This document shows, in pieces, positions 57,746 to 64,000 of a stretch of DNA of 64,000 nucleotides (position 1 is the first letter of the stretch; the number at the start of each line of letters is the position of its first letter). A model generated the notes under the pieces. It saw only the letters and a program-made list of their open reading frames with translations. It had not been told where the DNA came from and searched no databases. Source of the DNA: Candidatus Poriferihabitaceae bacterium (lineage in GTDB: Bacteria; Pseudomonadota; Gammaproteobacteria; Arenicellales; Poriferihabitantaceae); assembly GCA_965214055.1 (NCBI GenBank), contig OZ243931.1:2671380-2735379 (forward strand), written 5' to 3'. The translations under genes and the position numbers were made by a program.

Positions 57746-59110
57746 ATGAGCACCCTGTCCCTGAAAAACCGGTTGCTCATTTCCGCGGTCTTTACCCTGA
57801 TTGCCTTCCTTGGTCTGGCGGGGTTTGCCCTGGAACAGGCTTTTATTCCCAGTGCGAAAGGGATTGTAAAGGAACATCTCAGAGCCCAGCGAAATGCACT
57901 GTTGACCCTGGTCAGCATCCCGTCGAAAGATGTCTTTTCAGTCCAGGAAAGTTTGCCTGAAAGCCGGCTGACATTGCCGAATTCAGGCCTGTATGCCGTG
58001 ATTCTTGACCATGCCGGCAATATTATCTGGCGGTCCCGGTCCTCGGTGGGGATCAATCTGGACCTCTTCGAAACCACGGCAACGGGGATCGAGAATTTTT
58101 ACCAGGTTTCCGATGATCCGGGAAGTCCCTTTTATTACAGCTACGGGGTGGAATGGGAGTACGGTCCAAAGACCCGGGACACCCTGGCGTTCACGTTGGG
58201 CATCCTGCATGAAAGCCGGGAATATCGTGAGCTGATTCGCTCCCATCGCAATGAACTTATTTTCTGGCTGGGCCTTGCGGGGACTCTCCTTTTGGTGATG
58301 CAGCTGTTTTGCCTGAAATGGGGGCTGAAACCCCTTGCCGAGGTGATGCAGGAACTGGACCGGATTGAACGTTTTCAGCAACCCCGGATTCGAGGGGTTT
58401 ATCCCGCAGAAATTGCCCAGTTGAGCCAGAGAATCAACCTGTTTATCGAAAATGAACGCAAGAACCTGAAGCGCTATCGCAATACCCTGGAGGACCTCGC
58501 CCACAGTCTCAAGACCCCCCTGGCGGTGATTCGGGTCATGACGGAAAACCGAGAAGCCATGAACCGGACGCAGATCCGAAAATATGTGAAGCAAATGAGC
58601 CGGATTGTGGACTATCAGCTGAACCGGGCCGCTGCCTCCCAGTTCTCAGTCATGCACACCGCCGTGGATGTCAATGCAACCCTGTCCAAGGTGAACGACA
58701 CCCTGCAAAATCTTTATGCCGACAAAAACATCGATTCCGGCCTGGAGATTGAATCCGGCAGTGTTTTTTACGGGGACGACAGTGATTTTTATGAACTCAC
58801 GGGGAACATCATGGACAATGCCTACAAATGGGCGGATACCCGTGTTCGGGTGGTCGGCTCCATGGAGAGCGAAGACGGGAAGGTGCACCCGGGAATCTGC
58901 CTGGAGGTACACGATGACGGCCCGGGAATCCACCCGTCGGAACGGGACGGGGTCCTGAAACGCGGGTCCCGCATCGACCAGCAGACGCCGGGTCAGGGCA
59001 TTGGCCTGGCCGTGGCCCAGGAGATTGTCATTCGGTACCAGGGAGTGCTGTCCATTCACGACAGCCCCCTGGGTGGAGCCCTGGTACGGATACGTTTTCC
59101 CTGCGTATAA
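57746..59110 (+). CDS. sensor histidine kinase (PhoQ/EnvZ-like architecture)
   Basis: 454 aa. Two transmembrane segments flank a periplasmic domain. H-box DLAHSLKTPL, N-box NIMDNAYKW, and G-boxes DDGPGI and GQGIGLAV. Confidence 0.9.
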   Translation: MSTLSLKNRLLISAVFTLIAFLGLAGFALEQAFIPSAKGIVKEHLRAQRNALLTLVSIPSKDVFSVQESLPESRLTLPNSGLYAVILDHAGNIIWRSRSSVGINLDLFETTATGIENFYQVSDDPGSPFYYSYGVEWEYGPKTRDTLAFTLGILHESREYRELIRSHRNELIFWLGLAGTLLLVMQLFCLKWGLKPLAEVMQELDRIERFQQPRIRGVYPAEIAQLSQRINLFIENERKNLKRYRNTLEDLAHSLKTPLAVIRVMTENREAMNRTQIRKYVKQMSRIVDYQLNRAAASQFSVMHTAVDVNATLSKVNDTLQNLYADKNIDSGLEIESGSVFYGDDSDFYELTGNIMDNAYKWADTRVRVVGSMESEDGKVHPGICLEVHDDGPGIHPSERDGVLKRGSRIDQQTPGQGIGLAVAQEIVIRYQGVLSIHDSPLGGALVRIRFPCV

Positions 59111-59147
59111 CCACTGCCGGCCGGACCGCCGGGTTCCGGATATCGGT

Positions 59148-59891
59148 TCAGTACATGCGAAATACGAGGATCAGGGAAACATTGTCCGGGGCGCCCTGGT
59201 TCAGGCAGGTGTCAGTCAGGACATCCACACACCGTTCCGGATGGTGTTCGTACTGCGTCAGGATATCCGCGATCTCACGGTGGTCGAGAACATCGGACAG
59301 GCCATCCGTACACAGCAGATAACGCTCGTTTTCCCTGAGGGGGAAGGAGAGAAAATCCGGCCGGCACGCAATCTCTACCCCCACTGCCTTTTGCAGCTGG
59401 TGGTGGCTACCGGCGGGAGGTTCCCGGTCCGGATTGGCCGATAGCAGCTCGCTGGCCAGGGTATGGTCCGTTGTCAACTGGACGAGTTCACCTTCCCGGA
59501 AACCATACAGCCGGGAGTCGCCGACATGCCCCACCTGGAAATAATCGGGTTGAAAGTATGCCGCAAGCAGGGTGGTCCCCATGCCTGCCCACTCCGACCG
59601 CTGATGCGCGGCTTCATACACCCGGCGGTTTGCCAGGGACATGGCATCAATCATCACATCCCGGAGGACGTCGTGATGAGGTACCCCGCCGGATACCGGG
59701 AACTGTTCTTCAAAGTGCTCGCATATCGCATCCACGGCCATTCGACTGGCCACTTCCCCCGCCTGGTGACCTCCCAGGCCGTCCGCGATCACGGCCAGGC
59801 CCATTCCAGAGCGCATCTCGAAGCAGTCCTCATTGGTGGATCGGACCCGGCCAGTATCCGTGGACCCTATCATGTCATATTCAAAATTCAC
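59148..59891 (-). CDS. PP2C-family Ser/Thr protein phosphatase
   Basis: 247 aa. GRVRSTNEDCF, VIADGLGGHQAGEVAS, and LCTDGL motifs. Confidence 0.85.
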   Translation of the reverse strand: MNFEYDMIGSTDTGRVRSTNEDCFEMRSGMGLAVIADGLGGHQAGEVASRMAVDAICEHFEEQFPVSGGVPHHDVLRDVMIDAMSLANRRVYEAAHQRSEWAGMGTTLLAAYFQPDYFQVGHVGDSRLYGFREGELVQLTTDHTLASELLSANPDREPPAGSHHQLQKAVGVEIACRPDFLSFPLRENERYLLCTDGLSDVLDHREIADILTQYEHHPERCVDVLTDTCLNQGAPDNVSLILVFRMY

Positions 59892-59921
59892 CGTTGTCCC
59901 CCAGGTACCGTGAGTCCCGGA

Positions 59922-60749
59922 CTATTCATCGATACTTCGGATCAATGCATTGATTCCGACCTTGCTCTTCGTCCGTTCATCCACGGTCTTGACGATGACG
60001 GCACAGTACAGGCTGTGACTGCCATCTTTTGCCGGAATGGACCCGGAGACGACCACGGACCCCGGGGGAACCCGGCCATATGAAATTTCTCCCGTATCCC
60101 GGTGCAGGATACGCGTACTCTGGCCGATGAACACTCCCATGGAAATCACGGAGCCATGGCCCACCACGACCCCTTCCACGACTTCACTTCGGGCACCGAT
60201 AAAGCAATTGTCTTCAATGATGGTGGGGGCAGCCTGGAGGGGCTCGAGAACCCCGCCGATTCCTACTCCGCCGGACAGATGCACGTTGGCCCCGATCTGT
60301 GCACAGGACCCCACGGTTGCCCAGGTGTCCACCATGGTTCCACTGCCGACCCAGGCCCCGATGTTGACATAGCTTGGCATCAGCACCACATCGCTGGCAA
60401 GATAGGCTCCCCGCCGGACCACTGCGGGGGGGACCACCCGGTACTTGCCGGATGCGAAATCCTGTGCTTCATACCCGGAAAATTTCAGGGGGACCTTGTC
60501 ATAGTAGGAGGTAAACGCCCCGTCCACCATGCGATTGTCTTCAATACGGAAGGACAGCAGTGTGGCCATTTTCAGCCACTGGTTGACTTTCCAGCCGCTT
60601 CCGTCCGGTTCGGCGACCCGTACCGTCCCGGAATCCAGCAAGTCAAGGACTTCGTTGACAGCGTCGCGGAGTTCACTGCTGACCGTACGAGGGGTGATTT
60701 GGGCCCGGTGCTCCCAGGCATCGGTGATGATTTTTTCCAGCGTGTTCAT
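59922..60749 (-). CDS. dapD: 2,3,4,5-tetrahydropyridine-2,6-dicarboxylate N-succinyltransferase
   Basis: 275 aa. N-terminal helical domain followed by hexapeptide-repeat left-handed beta-helix repeats (..[36 protein letters not shown]..). Confidence 0.95.
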   Translation of the reverse strand: MNTLEKIITDAWEHRAQITPRTVSSELRDAVNEVLDLLDSGTVRVAEPDGSGWKVNQWLKMATLLSFRIEDNRMVDGAFTSYYDKVPLKFSGYEAQDFASGKYRVVPPAVVRRGAYLASDVVLMPSYVNIGAWVGSGTMVDTWATVGSCAQIGANVHLSGGVGIGGVLEPLQAAPTIIEDNCFIGARSEVVEGVVVGHGSVISMGVFIGQSTRILHRDTGEISYGRVPPGSVVVSGSIPAKDGSHSLYCAVIVKTVDERTKSKVGINALIRSIDE

Positions 60750-60883
60750 TGGGTATCTGTCCAGTTTTTCTGATTCAAGGAATTGGCCGAATCGGCACCG
60801 CCCTGGACGGGAGGCATCGGCCGGTTCATGGTGAATTGGCCGGGCAGGAAAACCACGCTCCTGCCAGCGCCACGGTCCGGGTC

Positions 60884-61780
60884 CTATTTCCGGGAGAGTC
60901 GTTCCGGCGTCGCATCAAATATCATGTTGTGGGCATTGAAGGCCACAAAATGACGGCTTTTGGCCCGGGCAATCAGCGCCACCCCCAACTCGACCGCCAG
61001 CTCGTACCCCATGTTCGTGGTCCCATTCCGGGACACCAGCACCGGGATTCCCATGAAAGCGGCTTTCATGACAATTTCCGAGGTCAGTCGCCCGGTAGTG
61101 TAGAAGATTTTATCGTTTCCGGACAGGTTTTGCAGCCACATCTCCCCCGCAATCGTGTCCATGGCATTGTGTCGTCCGACATCTTCGATGAACATCAGCA
61201 CTTCTCCGTCCTGGCACAGGCCGCAGCCGTGCACGGATCCGGCGATGCGGTAGGCCCGGTTGCAGTGTGTGACCTCCTTGAGGACCCGATAGATGTCAGA
61301 CTGCCTGAACCCGGTTTCCGGCAGCCGATGGTCATACAGCCTGTCCAGCGTGCAACTGAGGATGGTGCCCTGGCCGCATCCGGTCGTGACCGTTCGTCGT
61401 GAAGTGTCGAGGTTCCGGATTCCTGTGCCGTCCCGGGACTGGACCTCGGCCACTCCCCGGTCCCAGTCAACGGTGATGGACTTGATCTGCTGGGGCCGTT
61501 CAAACAGGGTCTGGTTGCGCAGGTACCCAAGAACCAGTTTCTCCGGGTGGGTTCCGAGCGTCATGAGCGTGACCAGCTCCCTTCCATCCACCTTGATGGT
61601 CAGCGGGACCTCATCGACAATGTGGACGGTCTTTTCCTCCCCGTACTGGTCGTGGGAAGGGACGCGATGGATGGACTCCAGTCCCTGGTTGCTCAATTCC
61701 GGCAGCGTATACACGATTTTTCCGGTCCCGGAACCTTCGGCGGGTCCCTCTGGGGAGACCGGGTGAGGGGATGGTTTCAT
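60884..61780 (-). CDS. fdhD: formate dehydrogenase accessory sulfurtransferase FdhD
   Basis: 298 aa. ..[19 protein letters not shown].., TTGCGQG, and [10 protein letters not shown] motifs. Confidence 0.9.
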   Translation of the reverse strand: MKPSPHPVSPEGPAEGSGTGKIVYTLPELSNQGLESIHRVPSHDQYGEEKTVHIVDEVPLTIKVDGRELVTLMTLGTHPEKLVLGYLRNQTLFERPQQIKSITVDWDRGVAEVQSRDGTGIRNLDTSRRTVTTGCGQGTILSCTLDRLYDHRLPETGFRQSDIYRVLKEVTHCNRAYRIAGSVHGCGLCQDGEVLMFIEDVGRHNAMDTIAGEMWLQNLSGNDKIFYTTGRLTSEIVMKAAFMGIPVLVSRNGTTNMGYELAVELGVALIARAKSRHFVAFNAHNMIFDATPERLSRK

Positions 61781-62074
61781 GAATGTGGTATGGCGGCTTC
61801 GGAAGTCCCCTGGTTCCCGCCGAAGCGTTTGCCGGGAATGGTTGTTCGAGCCGGAATCATAGCGGAAAAAGGGACAAAACGATACCGCTGGCGTTCGCCG
61901 TCATCGGCGTGGACTCCCGGAACCAGGAGGCGTGATGTTCCGGGAAATCCATGAGCCGGAGCTGGAACCCGTGCCGCGCACGGACCCGGGCCAGGGTCGG
62001 CTCCGGCGGCCTTTTTGCAATGCGCCATTTCATCCGGGTGCCGGGTGCCCAATCCCTCCGGGGTCCCCGGGGAA

Positions 62075-63286
62075 TCATTGGATTTCCTGGTCAATATCGA
62101 TTTCCAGGACTGCGTCCGGATGGTCCGGTGAAAATGGAACCCTCCGGCTGGTATAGTCTCCGGTCCGGGGGGTCGCTTCGCCACTTCGGGAGATCCTCGC
62201 CACAATCTCCAGTTTCTCGAACGACGCGATGGTGACCCCGGGCTGCATCGCCATGCTTTCCGTCAGCAGCACATCCGCGGGCAAATCTGAAACGCTTAAC
62301 CGGGCGATGGCCAGGGGCATTCTGGGTCCGTCCACGGCCCTGGCATAGACAAAGACCGTGTCATCGGGAACGAATCGGGACATGACGGGGTCAGCGGCCC
62401 GGACATGTACTCGGATGGTCAGTTCATCGTCGGATACCGGCATGGCAGCCGGGGCCGGAGGATTCAACTGGGCATGATTTCGGTCCACCAGCCTTGTAAT
62501 GTGCGCCTGGAACTCCGGGTCGGTGACCAGCGGTTGCAGCACCTCCAGATACTTCAGGGCCAAACGGTGGTCCCCGGTGGACTCCGACCCCAGTGCCGCG
62601 ATCCACAGCGCGTTGACATTCCCTGGATCCAGCAACAGGGCTCTTTCCACGATATCCCGGGTTGCAGCCGAGTAGGTGTTGGCTTCGGCCAGGACTTTTG
62701 CATCCGCCCAGGCGGCCAGATAGTCCGGGTTGTCCGGGACCAGTCGGTTCAGTGTGCCGTAGGCGTGCTCGGCCCTGGCGTATTGCTGCAGTCCCATGTA
62801 CAGCCGTCCCGCCAGTTCCCAGCTTTTGGGGTTTTCCGGGTTCTCTTCGATTCTACGTTCCAGCTCCCCCAGCAGGCTGTCCACATCCACATCGTGGGTT
62901 TTGTCCGGGAAAAAACTGAACTGCGGATTGATTTCTTCCAGGACATACCCCGGGTTTCCCACAAAACCGTAGGTAACCAGCGCCAGAACAGGGATACCCA
63001 GTAGAATCAGCCATCCCCAGCGGCGGTGCAGGGTCGTGCTCACCTCTTCAACCGAGGTGGACAGTTCTTCAAGGAGGGTGGCCTTGATTTCTTCTAGGGC
63101 CTGCTCCGTCTCCGGTTTTTCTTCCGCTTCCGGCCCGCTCACTTCCCGGATCCGTTGCCGGGCGATTTCGATATTCTTTTCTTTCCGGTCCCGCATGCTC
63201 ACCGCTCTTTGGTTGGTCAGCGCCGGGAAGAGAATGGCCAGCGAGACGATGATGAGTCCGGCAATGGCCAGCAAAAAGAGAGTCAT
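62075..63286 (-). CDS. ccmI: cytochrome c-type biogenesis protein CcmI/CycH (TPR)
   Basis: I placed the start at the internal Met (MTLFLLAIAGLIIVSLAILF..). It has two N-terminal transmembrane segments and then TPR-like repeats, and it follows ccmH. Confidence 0.8.
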   Translation of the reverse strand: MTLFLLAIAGLIIVSLAILFPALTNQRAVSMRDRKEKNIEIARQRIREVSGPEAEEKPETEQALEEIKATLLEELSTSVEEVSTTLHRRWGWLILLGIPVLALVTYGFVGNPGYVLEEINPQFSFFPDKTHDVDVDSLLGELERRIEENPENPKSWELAGRLYMGLQQYARAEHAYGTLNRLVPDNPDYLAAWADAKVLAEANTYSAATRDIVERALLLDPGNVNALWIAALGSESTGDHRLALKYLEVLQPLVTDPEFQAHITRLVDRNHAQLNPPAPAAMPVSDDELTIRVHVRAADPVMSRFVPDDTVFVYARAVDGPRMPLAIARLSVSDLPADVLLTESMAMQPGVTIASFEKLEIVARISRSGEATPRTGDYTSRRVPFSPDHPDAVLEIDIDQEIQ

Positions 63287-63297
63287 GGGAGGAGGTG

Positions 63298-63768
63298 TTA
63301 TTTCAGGAGTTTTTCCACCCTGTGTTTTTCTGCAGGGCTGAGCTGGACGGGATGCCGGGCCTTTTGCCGTCGGGTTCGGGCGATCACGACGATGATCAGG
63401 AGCACCAGCATCACAAAGGGGGCGAACCACAGGACCAGTGTGGTGGAATTTAACCTCGGTCGGTACAGCACAAAATCACCATACCGCTGAACCATAAAAT
63501 GGATGATTTCATCGTACCCTTTCCCCGAGACAATCATTTCGTGGGATTTTCTGCGAAGGTCCCGGGCCAGATCGGCATTGGAATCCGCCAGATTCTGATT
63601 CTGGCAGACCAGACACCGTAATTCCCGGATGACCTGCAGATACAATTGCTCCTGTTCCGGGTTTTCAAATTCTTTCGGGGCCTCCAGGGCAAACGAATGC
63701 CCCGCAATGAGGCAAAAAAGCAGGAGTGGGACCAATGAGGGGATTTTCAACACGGGAGGAATGGACAT
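63298..63768 (-). CDS. ccmH: cytochrome c-type biogenesis protein CcmH
   Basis: 156 aa. Signal peptide, LRCLVCQNQNLADSNA (the CxxC motif of CcmH), and a C-terminal transmembrane segment. Confidence 0.9.
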   Translation of the reverse strand: MSIPPVLKIPSLVPLLLFCLIAGHSFALEAPKEFENPEQEQLYLQVIRELRCLVCQNQNLADSNADLARDLRRKSHEMIVSGKGYDEIIHFMVQRYGDFVLYRPRLNSTTLVLWFAPFVMLVLLIIVVIARTRRQKARHPVQLSPAEKHRVEKLLK

Positions 63769-64000
63769 TTAAGGTAGCAGTGACTGGAGCAGTGGAATGA
63801 TTTCCGATTGCATGCTGTGGGCGTTCACGGGACCAATATGTTTCAGCCGGACAATCCCTTCCTGGTCCACAACAAAGGTTTCCGGTACCCCGTAGACCCC
63901 ATACTCCACCCCGGTATCGCCGCTTTCATCCACCACCACCGCGGTATAGGGGTTTCCCAACGCTTCGAGCCAGGCCCGGGCATTGGCTGCCTTGTCTTTA
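63769..64000 (-). CDS. ccmG: thiol:disulfide interchange protein CcmG/DsbE, C-terminal part (5' end beyond window)
   Basis: My translation to the window edge reads KDKAANARAWLEALGNPYTAVVVDESGDTGVEYGVYGVPETFVVDQEGIVRLKHIGPV.., matching the CcmG C-terminus (..LGNPY...D..G.....GVYG.PETF.ID..G.I...H.G). Confidence 0.8.
   Translation of the reverse strand, partial: KDKAANARAWLEALGNPYTAVVVDESGDTGVEYGVYGVPETFVVDQEGIVRLKHIGPVNAHSMQSEIIPLLQSLLP

Noticed and set aside
1-64000. CRISPR arrays, rRNA/tRNA genes, intact IS elements/transposases, retron- or DGR-type repeats
   Set aside because: I scanned intergenic regions on both strands by eye. I found no regularly spaced repeats, no tRNA cloverleaf signatures, no reverse transcriptase or transposase motifs, and no long duplicated segments. 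A computational repeat and covariance-model scan would be needed to be certain.

Overview
This 64 kb window looks like chromosomal DNA from a moderately GC-rich proteobacterium, probably a gammaproteobacterium; GC was judged by eye and no taxon was computed. Most of it is ordinary housekeeping sequence in conserved blocks. These are: (i) a cobalamin late-stage cluster (cobB/cbiA, cobO, a ChlI/ChlD-type chelatase ATPase, cbiX, cobU, cobT, cobC, cobS) with a cobalamin riboswitch on the minus strand; (ii) a family-5 (Dpp/Opp/Gsi-like) ABC importer; (iii) lepA-lepB-rnc-era-recO; (iv) the pyruvate dehydrogenase operon aceE-aceF-lpd; (v) rpsF-rpsR-rplI-dnaB-alr-radA; (vi) a PepSY/OmpR-type regulator/sensor kinase unit; and (vii) dapD, fdhD and ccmG-H-I. 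The window starts with a DmdA-like demethylase gene divergent from an acyl-CoA ligase gene. Accessory material sits in three patches. The first (10.3-12.3 kb) holds an orphan secreted protein and a frameshifted ATPase remnant. The second (18.3-21.5 kb) is a decayed integrative island with an integrase remnant, an internally deleted Fic gene and a helicase stub, and its one intact gene is a 598-aa Rad50/SbcC-like zinc-hook ATPase. The third (21.5-34.6 kb) is a patchwork catabolic/transport cluster: MFS transporter, unknown HxD..H protein, cytoplasmic sulfatase, DUF1989, SnoaL-like protein, CocE/NonD hydrolase, FMN-dependent dehydrogenase, Lrp regulator, methyltransferase and EamA transporter. 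A further nucleotidyltransferase-like pseudogene lies at 48.4-49.3 kb. I found no rRNA, tRNA, CRISPR array or intact transposase by eye. I do not see a clear, intact novel multi-gene system. The most interesting items are the lone zinc-hook ATPase in the decayed island, the unusually long structured cob leader, the uncharacterised oxygenase-like protein, and the high load of gene remnants. All homology statements come from my own reading of the translations; no searches were run.
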